In this document: positions 1 to 7,952 of the stretch, in pieces
How positions within the stretch are numbered: the stretch's first letter is position 1
How the letters are laid out: every line of letters starts with the position of its first letter
DNA from: Candidatus Latescibacterota bacterium
Lineage (GTDB): Bacteria; Latescibacterota; UBA2968; GCA-2709665
DNA length: 64,000 bases
NCBI GenBank assembly: GCA_965205485.1
Contig: OZ242180.1
Span: forward strand, 2,144,001 to 2,208,000
Reading direction: 5' to 3'
The notes under the pieces: generated by a model
Seen by the model: the letters and a program-made list of their open reading frames with translations, nothing else
What the model was told of the DNA's origin: nothing
The model's database searches: none
Translations under genes and position numbers: made by a program

Positions 1-710
1 GCGCCAATCCCGTGGGTGCGGCGTACAACAACCGCGATGATCGGATGAAGGGACTGTTGTTCCGATACGGAGGCGTTCTGGATCACATTACCATTGGACT
101 CGAGGCTGAAACCGCCGCCGGCGCGGTTGCCCTCCACAACGACCCGTCGATCGCGGAGAAGCTGCTCTGGGCTGCGGGTTGCGGCGGCGACCCCGATATT
201 GTGGGGATGTGCCTGAGGAAACTCGACTGGGGACCCGACGACGGTCGCTGGTTCGGCCTGCTGGAGCAGCCGCTGCGCCTGTGGCGGACCAACCCTCACC
301 GCAAGTTCCGCGACTTTGACCGCACGGTCTATCCCGAAATCTTCCGGATGATCCTGGACCACGGCGCGAACCCCAATCTCGTCGGGCGTTTCGGGTACCG
401 GCTGGCGCACCACCTGGCAGCCTGCGGGATCGTCTGGGGCGAGCCCATAATGACCGAGCGCGAACGGACAGCTTTCGCCACCATCCTTCTCGACCACGGC
501 GCCGACTTGAACGTCGTCGACGACCTCCTGCAATCCACACCCCTCGGTTGGGCTGTGAGATGGGGCAAGCACGAACTGGCGCGACTGTACCTGGAACGCG
601 GGGCCGACCCCACGCTGGCCGGCGCCGACTGGGCCACGCCCCTCGCCTGGGCGAACAAAAAAGGAGATGAGGCCGCTGCGGACCTCATCTCCAGATACGC
701 TGATTCCTGA
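1..710 (+). CDS. Ankyrin-repeat protein, 5' end truncated by the window edge
   Basis: Ankyrin motifs LDHGANPN, LLDHGADLN, STPLGWAVRWG, YLERGADP, TPLAWA. The frame is open upstream of GTG at 12 (..ANPVGAA). Confidence 0.85.
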   Translation, partial: ANPVGAAYNNRDDRMKGLLFRYGGVLDHITIGLEAETAAGAVALHNDPSIAEKLLWAAGCGGDPDIVGMCLRKLDWGPDDGRWFGLLEQPLRLWRTNPHRKFRDFDRTVYPEIFRMILDHGANPNLVGRFGYRLAHHLAACGIVWGEPIMTERERTAFATILLDHGADLNVVDDLLQSTPLGWAVRWGKHELARLYLERGADPTLAGADWATPLAWANKKGDEAAADLISRYADS

Positions 711-787
711 TTTCGGATTGCGGTATGGGTACAATGTCAACGATTGTTGTCGTGCCTGCGTTATGGTTGTCGGAACGACCCGTCGAT

Positions 788-841
788 GCGTGGTCATTGA
801 GCATGCCGGCATTGAGCTTGTCGAAATGTCGAAATGCCCGC
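788..841. repeat. REP-like unit (GTCATTGAGC-TT-GTCGAAATG family) with a second unit nested in it
   Basis: Flanks are identical to the unit at 10010-10040; the central TT is replaced by 25 nt containing another CATTGAGCTTGTCGAAAT. Confidence 0.75.
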
Positions 842-908
842 GTCCTGGCCGCCCTCTGGCAGGTTCGTGTTGCATCTCAGCGGTCACGCGCTCCGGGTGA
901 CAAATCGC

Positions 909-2177
909 CTACCCGTCCAAATCCACCGTATACCTGACGCAATCCGCCGCGAAGTCCTCCGGCTTTTCCATGTCGTCCCATCCCATGCGTCGATACTGCT
1001 CCGGAAGCGTAATGATCAGTTGACCGGTCCTTCTGTCTTCGTACCACCCGAAGTTGGTATATCTCACGTTTTCGTGCGCATCGTCGGGCCTGTCCTGAAT
1101 CAGCCTGACCGAGTCCTTCACGATACACGCATTGCCCGTGTCGAATTCGGCGATCTGCAGCGGATATCGAGGGATCTGCCCATAAACCGGGCCATCCAGG
1201 ATATTGGCGATCCAGTAGGTCTTGCCTGTAACGGAGGATTCATAAAAGGCCGTACACGAAGCGGGCGTCCAGACGTTTGATCCGTCGTCGTACAGCAGCG
1301 GCTCCGGCTGCGACCAGTTCATCCCGCCGTCTTCCGAAACGGCGGAGTAGGGGATGGTATAGCTGCCCGTCGCCTCGTTGCCCTGACATCTCATGGTGGC
1401 GAACAGCGCGCCCGATTCCAGCGCCGTGATCGATGGTTCGCAGCATCCAATTCTGGATTTCCCGGGCGGTACTTCGATAAAATCTCCGAATTCCCAGTCA
1501 AATCCGCTCCCGTCTTCTTTCCAGTGTCCCCTCGCGCAGACCACCCTGAAGCACCAGGGTCTGGTACCGTCCAGTCGTTCGTACTCCGTGAAGGGCGCCA
1601 GCACCGACCCGTCCGCCATCCAGATGCAGTGGGTTCCGTTGAGGATTCCGCCGCGAACGCCATACTCGAAGCCCGGGCCCCAGCGGTCCGCGTCGAAACC
1701 GTCCCCCCGGGCGACGATCTGGACGGGATCGCTCCACGTCACGCCCTGATCCGCGGATACGCTGTAAAATGCGCGGTAAGCGCCCTGATTGATGTAACCG
1801 TAGCATCGCTTGTCTGCCTTTTGCCCCCTGTGAAACCGCACCAGCACGTCGTTCTTCGCATCCAGGCTGAATCCCGCCGGCATCAACTGCTCTTCGGCGA
1901 TTCCCACGTCGAAGCGTACCCTCCCTCCCAATTCCGCCCACTGTGATCCGTTGTCGTCCGACACTCTCACCCAGTTGCCGTCGTAGCATGCATCCAGCGT
2001 CGTGCGTCCGTCGTCGTGATTCACCCATTGGAGGAGCTCGGACGTCACCGTTTCGACCATTCTCTCACCGGCCGCGCCCGTGTACGTCTGGCCGCTGGCG
2101 TAGAACGCGTGACGCCCGTCGCTGGGTATATAGGTGTTTTTGTCAACACCGGCGCCGACTCGCTCGTTGTCTTTCAT
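909..2177 (-). CDS. BNR/Asp-box repeat sialidase-like (beta-propeller) protein
   Basis: Asp-boxes SDDNGSQW, SADQGVTW, SEDGGMNW, plus EPS..L..G.L...R and PRYPL motifs. GGAG RBS upstream. Confidence 0.75.
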   Translation of the reverse strand: MKDNERVGAGVDKNTYIPSDGRHAFYASGQTYTGAAGERMVETVTSELLQWVNHDDGRTTLDACYDGNWVRVSDDNGSQWAELGGRVRFDVGIAEEQLMPAGFSLDAKNDVLVRFHRGQKADKRCYGYINQGAYRAFYSVSADQGVTWSDPVQIVARGDGFDADRWGPGFEYGVRGGILNGTHCIWMADGSVLAPFTEYERLDGTRPWCFRVVCARGHWKEDGSGFDWEFGDFIEVPPGKSRIGCCEPSITALESGALFATMRCQGNEATGSYTIPYSAVSEDGGMNWSQPEPLLYDDGSNVWTPASCTAFYESSVTGKTYWIANILDGPVYGQIPRYPLQIAEFDTGNACIVKDSVRLIQDRPDDAHENVRYTNFGWYEDRRTGQLIITLPEQYRRMGWDDMEKPEDFAADCVRYTVDLDG

Positions 2178-2231
2178 TTTTGTGGTCTCCTCGATATCCG
2201 GCGTGAACTGTTTTGGCGCGTAAAATCAATT

Positions 2232-2397
2232 GCCACAAAAGGCACAAAAACACAAAAGATCATGTCTTCCCAAATTCAGTTTCAGTTCTGCAGTGCAGCG
2301 ACCCGGTCATTTGTCCGATGGCCGCGAAACTCTTGACGCGATTGCGGACGTTTCCGTACCGCTTTGTACGTTCTGTGCCTTTTGTGTTTTTCGTGGC
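2232..2397. repeat. Inverted pair of CCACAAAAGGCACAAAA-type repeats
   Basis: gccacaaaaggcacaaaaacacaaaag at 2232-2258 and a reverse-complement-like copy at 2371-2397. Same family occurs at 10319-10346, 12322-12347 and 12567-12592. Confidence 0.75.
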
Positions 2398-2417
2398 TGT
2401 TGTACCGCGCGTCCGAA

Positions 2418-3218
2418 TCATTCCTTGACAGCGTCCAGCGGTATATCGCCGACTTTTCTGATCCACGCCTGAGCCCAGGGCGCGGATTCGATCCCGATGT
2501 CGCAGGTGGTATTGGCAAGAAAGACGATGCTTTCAATGCGGCCTTCCCGGAGCCATCGGAGCCCAAGTTCGCACTGGTGTTCCATCTGCGGAATGGAGAC
2601 CGGGCGCCTGTTGTGGAAGTCCCAGAGATAGCACCCCAGGGATACCCGGCCGCCGGGATTGATCGCTTCCAGGCGGTCCAGGTTCCGTTCAAGGTCCTTC
2701 AGATCGTCGGAGTTCCAGGTCCAGAGATTGACCACGTCGCAGTATTCGAGGTAGGGCGCAACGGGAAGGTCGAACTGCTTGATGTAGAGGACGACCCAGA
2801 GATCCAGCTTTCGGCCGGCAACGTTCAGTCGCGGTCGAATGCCGGCGAGGTCATCCACGCTGAGGGCGCCCCGGCCGTTCTTTCGCATGAAGTCGTCCAG
2901 ATAGACGCCGGTGATGTTGGGATGGCTCCCGGCGAGGTCCAGCACGCGTTGCAGTTCGTCCCCTTCCACCTGGCCGCCGCTGCCCACGATGGACCAGGTG
3001 ACCTGTTTGAGCGACGAAAAGGTAACGGCAAACTGATCGTAAGGATACGCGGGCAGGCCCCGCCACCGGATCATATGCAGGTTGGGGACGTCAAGAAATA
3101 ACGCGCCTTCGGCGGGCGTCATCCGCGAGCCCTGCGTGTATCCGGCGGACGTGAGCGAGTCGTTGTCTGATCCGGCCACACAGGTGAAGATCCACAACCG
3201 GTCGCGTACGGCTTCCAT
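2418..3218 (-). CDS. Hypothetical protein (266 aa, possible alpha/beta barrel)
   Basis: Protein-like composition, GVYLDDF segment, co-oriented with the sialidase-like gene. No family recognised. Confidence 0.7.
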   Translation of the reverse strand: MEAVRDRLWIFTCVAGSDNDSLTSAGYTQGSRMTPAEGALFLDVPNLHMIRWRGLPAYPYDQFAVTFSSLKQVTWSIVGSGGQVEGDELQRVLDLAGSHPNITGVYLDDFMRKNGRGALSVDDLAGIRPRLNVAGRKLDLWVVLYIKQFDLPVAPYLEYCDVVNLWTWNSDDLKDLERNLDRLEAINPGGRVSLGCYLWDFHNRRPVSIPQMEHQCELGLRWLREGRIESIVFLANTTCDIGIESAPWAQAWIRKVGDIPLDAVKE

Positions 3219-3704
3219 TTAATGGCCTTTCGCCTGAAAATAACGTTTCAAGGGACGGTACACGCGTGAACAGTTATACGCGTGCCGGATTGCGCTTGTT
3301 CGAGGAAGAACCCCATTGTGAGGGAATTCACGATTCTCGACTGAGATCGCCATCGGTTCCGTGTCATTGGGAAGCAACGAGACCGCACGTGAGGCTGGAC
3401 GCAGCCACCAATGGCGAAAGTAAGCGGTATTGCGGGAGCGTGTCAACGGAAAACAAGGGCGGAACAGGAGATCCTTCGTCAGCCTGGCCCCCGCATGTCG
3501 GCCCTTTCAGGATGACAGTTTGTGCCGACAAGTCACCTATGCGTTTTGCGGATGTTTCGGCGACTTGGCGTACGTTTTGCAGGAAGAAACCCGCCAGGAG
3601 TGAAATGGACAGGTTATCGGGCGAATTCTCGAGCGTGGCCGAAGGCGATATAGAGGGAAGGTCGCCGCGTCAACCGATGTAGTTTGCATATGAGGATAAC
3701 AGAC

Positions 3705-6662
3705 ATGGTCCGTATGCAGAGTCTTCATTCCGTCCCCGGCGAATCGATGGGCGTTGGACGATCCGGCCTGGGCTCGTACGTGTTCCGGTTCCTTCGCCCG
3801 GGACATGCCGGAGCGGTCAGTTTGAAGGGTGAAACATTGATCCTGGAACGCTCGTCCGGATCGGTGGTTGTCCCCATCCGGGAAATCGAGACTTCGGAGG
3901 TCATACACGGGTGGTTCTGGGGAGGATTGCAAGTACGTTTCGCCACCGGCAATGCAACGGTATCGGGACTCTCGAAGCCGGACGCGCGGTCATTCGGCGA
4001 CTTTCTTATGCGAGCGCGAGTCGATTGGTGGTGTGTCGCCCTGGACACGCACGCCGGAACGATCCAATCCGTTTACGACCGCCTTGCGCAGTTTGCCGAC
4101 CCGCCGAGGTACGTGTCGCATGCGATCTTTTCCCCAATCGAGCGCGATGCGAAAGACGTGGTCGCCCGGTTCCCCGCTCAGTGGCCGGAACAGTTGTCCG
4201 AGGTCGCGGAAATCCGAATGCTGAAAGCGATTCGGGACTTCTCAAATGTATCCGAACGTTGTCGGGCCAGAGCCTGCAACGCCTTCGTGGCCAACGAACT
4301 GGTGCGGTCCCGGGAATTCTTCGACAGGGTCGAGGCGAGACCGCTCACGGACGAGCAGCGGAGAGCAGTTGTCGTTGATGAAGACCGCAACCTGGTCGTC
4401 GCAGCCGCCGGAAGCGGCAAGACGTCTGTCATCGTTGCCAAGGCGGGCTGGCTCATTCGGAAGGGTTACCGGCGCCCATCGGAACTGCTTCTGCTGGCAT
4501 TCGCCAAAGATGCCCAGGAAGAAATGAAAGAAAGAGTCCGAAAACGCCTCGGCGTGGAGTTGGGTGACGAACTCACGGTCCGGACCTTCCACAGCCTGGG
4601 CATGTCGATCATCGGCGAAGCGGAACGCAGACGCCCGGCCGTGGCCAGGGCCGCGGTAGACGATCAGGCCCTGTTCGACCTGCTGAAGGGCATCGTTCGC
4701 GACCTCATCGCCGATTCCGGGTTCTCAGAGGTCTTGCTCAAATGGTTCGCGGGGCATTTTGCTCCGTACCGAAGCGAGTTCGAATTCCGGACTCAGGGAG
4801 AGTATTGGGCGTATCTCCGGGACAATGAAATCCGGTCCCTTCAAGGAGAGAAGGTCAAGAGTTTCGAAGAATGCGAGATTGCCAACTTCCTTTACCTCAA
4901 CGGTGTGCCCTATGAGTACGAACGCGACTACGAACACGAAACCGCCACGCCGGACCAGAGACAGTACCAGCCCGATTTCTACCTTCCGGACGCGGGGATA
5001 TACATTGAACATCTTGCACTCTCGGAATCGAACCAAACCCCTCCCTTTATCGACCGAGGCAAATATCTCAGGTCGCTTGGCTGGAAAAGGCGCCTGCATG
5101 CGAAACACGGCACGGTTCTCGTGGAGACCTATAGTCACGAGAAGGTTGCGGGCCGGCTGACCGAGAACCTGGCGGAAAAACTGGCCGACCATGGGGTAAC
5201 GCTATCTCCGATCCCGTCCGGGGAGACTTTCTCCGTCCTCGAAGAGCAAGGTCGAATCGAACCCTTCACGCGTCTGGTTGCGACGTTCCTCCATCATTAC
5301 AAGGGCGCGCAACTCTCGGCAGACGACGTGGCACGTCGCGCCGCCGGGGCTGAAAACCGTCCCAGGGCCGAGGCCTTCCTGACCGTCTTCATTACTGTAT
5401 ACGAGCGTTACCAGGAATCGCTTGCGCGGCAGCGGCAGATCGATTTCCACGACATGATCACGAACGCGACGGAGCACGTGCGGAGCGGGCGTTACCGCAA
5501 CCGGTTCGGCTACATACTCGTCGATGAGTTTCAGGATATTTCGGCCGGGAGAGCGCGATTGCTGAAGGCATTGCTGGATACGTCGAGTGCCGCGCAGCTG
5601 TTTGCGGTGGGCGACGACTGGCAGGCCATCTTCCGATTTGCCGGTTCGGACATCGCCATCATGAGAGAGTTCAAGGCACGCTTCGGCGAGAGCGAACGCG
5701 TCAACCTGGAAACGACGTTCAGATGCGCGGACCGTATCGCCAATCTCGCAAGTCGATTTGTGCTGAGCAACCCGGCACAGATCCACAAGCGTGTTTCGTC
5801 CGTCTTCAATGCAGAAGGACCATGCGTGTACGTAATGGTCGCCCGGGAAACGAGTCCCGATCCTCTGGCGGAGACACTGAACGCCGTTGCAGCTCATGCA
5901 GCCGGGGACGACGAGCGCGCCACGGTTCTGCTGCTGGGCCGGTACCGGCACAACAGGCCCGGGAATATGGAGACATTGTCACGAGCCCATTCCAGTCTTC
6001 GACTCACTTTCATGACGGTACACGGCTCCAAAGGCCTTGAGGCCGACTATGTGGTGGTGCTCGATCTGTGCGCAGGAAAGTACGGCTTTCCCACCGGGAT
6101 CGTCGACGACCCGCTGCTGGATCTCGTTCTGGCCGCCCCGGAAGCATATCCTAACGCCGAGGAACGCCGCCTGTTCTATGTCGCGGTCACTCGCGCGAGG
6201 CGGGGCGTCTATCTCGTCGCCGATAACCAGACCCCTTCGGCCTTCGTCGAGGAGTTGATGAAGGGCGGCTATGACGTTGTGGTTCATGGCGAACAACCGG
6301 AACGGGATGTACCGTGCCCCAAATGCATCCACGGACGGTTGGAGCAGAGAGGCAGGGCTCCGGACAGGGGGATATTCTACGGTTGCTCGCTCTGGCCGTA
6401 TTGCGAGTATCGACAGCCGGCGTGTCCCCATTGCAGGGCTGGATTACAGGCGAAAGTCGATGGGAACTACCGATGCCGGGATTGCCGGAAGGCCGTTGAG
6501 GGTTGTCCCGAGTGCTTTGGATGGCTGCTGGAGAAGCGTGGAAAATACGGCAGGTTTATCGGTTGCTCGAATTGGCCGGACTGCAGATATACGCGGAATG
6601 ACCTGAAAAAGCGGACAGTACGTTCATCGGTCTTCAAAGGGACCGGACGGAACCTCAAATAG
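3705..6662 (+). CDS. helD: HelD/helicase IV-like UvrD (SF1) helicase with a nuclease-like insertion and C-terminal topoisomerase-type Zn ribbons
   Basis: Walker A AAAGSGKT, ILVDEFQD, VGDDWQAIFRF, TVHGSKGLEAD, EERRLFYVAVTRAR. C-terminal CxxC...F(Y/I)GCSxWPxCxY repeats. Start uncertain (3684/3705/3747). Confidence 0.85.
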   Translation: MVRMQSLHSVPGESMGVGRSGLGSYVFRFLRPGHAGAVSLKGETLILERSSGSVVVPIREIETSEVIHGWFWGGLQVRFATGNATVSGLSKPDARSFGDFLMRARVDWWCVALDTHAGTIQSVYDRLAQFADPPRYVSHAIFSPIERDAKDVVARFPAQWPEQLSEVAEIRMLKAIRDFSNVSERCRARACNAFVANELVRSREFFDRVEARPLTDEQRRAVVVDEDRNLVVAAAGSGKTSVIVAKAGWLIRKGYRRPSELLLLAFAKDAQEEMKERVRKRLGVELGDELTVRTFHSLGMSIIGEAERRRPAVARAAVDDQALFDLLKGIVRDLIADSGFSEVLLKWFAGHFAPYRSEFEFRTQGEYWAYLRDNEIRSLQGEKVKSFEECEIANFLYLNGVPYEYERDYEHETATPDQRQYQPDFYLPDAGIYIEHLALSESNQTPPFIDRGKYLRSLGWKRRLHAKHGTVLVETYSHEKVAGRLTENLAEKLADHGVTLSPIPSGETFSVLEEQGRIEPFTRLVATFLHHYKGAQLSADDVARRAAGAENRPRAEAFLTVFITVYERYQESLARQRQIDFHDMITNATEHVRSGRYRNRFGYILVDEFQDISAGRARLLKALLDTSSAAQLFAVGDDWQAIFRFAGSDIAIMREFKARFGESERVNLETTFRCADRIANLASRFVLSNPAQIHKRVSSVFNAEGPCVYVMVARETSPDPLAETLNAVAAHAAGDDERATVLLLGRYRHNRPGNMETLSRAHSSLRLTFMTVHGSKGLEADYVVVLDLCAGKYGFPTGIVDDPLLDLVLAAPEAYPNAEERRLFYVAVTRARRGVYLVADNQTPSAFVEELMKGGYDVVVHGEQPERDVPCPKCIHGRLEQRGRAPDRGIFYGCSLWPYCEYRQPACPHCRAGLQAKVDGNYRCRDCRKAVEGCPECFGWLLEKRGKYGRFIGCSNWPDCRYTRNDLKKRTVRSSVFKGTGRNLK

Positions 6663-6685
6663 CCTGCGTCACGCCGATGACATTG

Positions 6686-6722
6686 TTGACATCAGGCTTG
6701 GATAGCTTTAACTTTGTGGAGG
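6686..6722 (+). promoter_or_regulatory. Sigma70-like promoter and RBS for the small membrane gene
   Basis: TTGACA (6686-6691), 17 bp, TAACTT (6709-6714); GGAGG (6718-6722) before ATG 6729. Confidence 0.6.
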
Positions 6723-6728
6723 ACCGAT

Positions 6729-7261
6729 ATGGACCGGCTTTCGGTATGGAGGGTCACAAATAAAGTAATCTTTGCCGGTCTATCCTTAGCAGCCCGTTGA
6801 AAAAGCCCATCCGGGCTGCGGCCGGCCCTTGCGGTCGAAATACTGCGTTGCGCTCCCTCGCCGAATCGAGGGATGGGACTCGGTCGCGCGCCTTGTCTTC
6901 GACCACAATGGCTCGGCCTCGCCTGCAGAGCGACTTTATCAACGGACTGTTAGCCTTTTGTATCGCGGGACTCGTACTATGGTACTACGACGCGCGAAGA
7001 ATGGAGGGCTTGTTCGATATCGTGACGCGCTCAGGAAATATCGTTCTGTCCTCCGTGTCGGTGTCGTTTATTATCATGGAGATTGTCGATATGGTACTCG
7101 GTATGTATGAGTCTATCAAGAAGAGGAATTACGAACTGGGATATCAGGCAGGAAGGCAAGCCGCATTGAAACAGCAGAACGGAGAAGATCAGGAAGGCGC
7201 TGATTCGAACGCAGCCGAGAGAGCCGAATCATCCACTCCGGGCCCCAATCCGGACGAATGA
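6729..7261 (+). pseudogene. Small two-TM membrane protein gene (122 aa when restored), interrupted by MITE-A
   Basis: The ATG 6729 frame stops inside the MITE. Removing the 160-bp element plus one TTAG joins MDRLSVWRVTNKVIFAGLSL to AFCIAGLVLWYY...PNPDE in frame. Confidence 0.8.
6790..6949. mobile_element. MITE-A copy 1 (160 bp, non-autonomous; IS5/IS1182-like ends by inference)
   Basis: Terminal inverted repeats CAGCCCGTTGAAAAAG / CTTTATCAACGGACTG; TTAG direct repeat on both sides (6786-6789, 6950-6953); second copy at 21562-21721. Confidence 0.9.
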
Positions 7262-7286
7262 GTGAATTTCAGCAACAATCAGACAA

Positions 7287-7321
7287 GTACCGCTCCAGGT
7301 TATTTTTGGGCGGTATTTTTG
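7287..7321 (+). terminator. Probable intrinsic terminator
   Basis: taccgctcca...tgggcggta stem followed by a T-run, just downstream of the stop at 7261. Confidence 0.5.
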
Positions 7322-7397
7322 TGAATCCGACGCTCACGTTTCGACGACAAACGCGGCCGGGACCACGCCGGAGGGATTGTCCGCCCACGCCCTCTCA

Positions 7398-7521
7398 GAA
7401 GCTGTCTTAAAATTCCCAGCGGTCTTCGCGCGGCTGCAAAAGCGCCGGTCGGCGTCGGTCAAACCCACCCGTATCGAGAGATCGAGGCTGCGCTCGCTCG
7501 CCTCTCTTGGGCGGATTTTCC
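7398..7521. mobile_element. MITE-B partial copy (left end) with an extra hairpin inserted in its apical loop
   Basis: gaagctgtcttaaaattcccagcggtcttcgcgcggctgcaaaagcgccggtcggcg nearly matches the element starting at 39697. Similarity is lost after ~7521. Confidence 0.8.
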
Positions 7522-7605
7522 GCGCATTTCGCGTTTTTGTCTTTCGCCACACCTGTCCAAATTCGTCTTTTCCAACCACTATCACGACCTGATCCACCTG
7601 CAACC

Positions 7606-7753
7606 GGAGCGAGGGCATCCTGCCCTCGAACTTCGCGTCACTTACCCCTGTTCCCTTCGAGAGACTGACGCGTCCATTCAATCCCACACCGGGTCACTGA
7701 AAACACCGTGTGCGACGAGTTATCCGATGTCGAGGGCAGGATGCCCTCGCTCC
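7606..7753. repeat. REP doublet (REPIN-like): perfect 24-bp inverted repeat, each arm itself palindromic
   Basis: ggagcgagggcatcctgccctcga (7606-7629) and its exact reverse complement (7730-7753). Confidence 0.8.
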
Positions 7754-7952
7754 CGGGAACGCCAACCGCACCGGACATAAATCGCTTTCTGTCTTGGACA
7801 GCCGTGGCCATAAGACGGAGACCTGCATTGGCACTTCGAAACGACTTTCAAGAATACCAGGTACTTACGTATCCAAAATCATCTTTTTCAAACTATCTTG
7901 GAGAGCGGTGGTCTTTCGTAGTTTCGTTCTTTCGTAGTTTCTAATCGGCTTT

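Noticed and set aside
3266..3682. 138-aa ORF upstream of helD
   Set aside because: No recognisable motif, RBS or coding-like composition. Probably intergenic.
6797..7261. 154-aa ORF as a genuine gene start
   Set aside because: Its first ~51 codons are MITE-A sequence. The better start is ATG 6729, which has an RBS and promoter.
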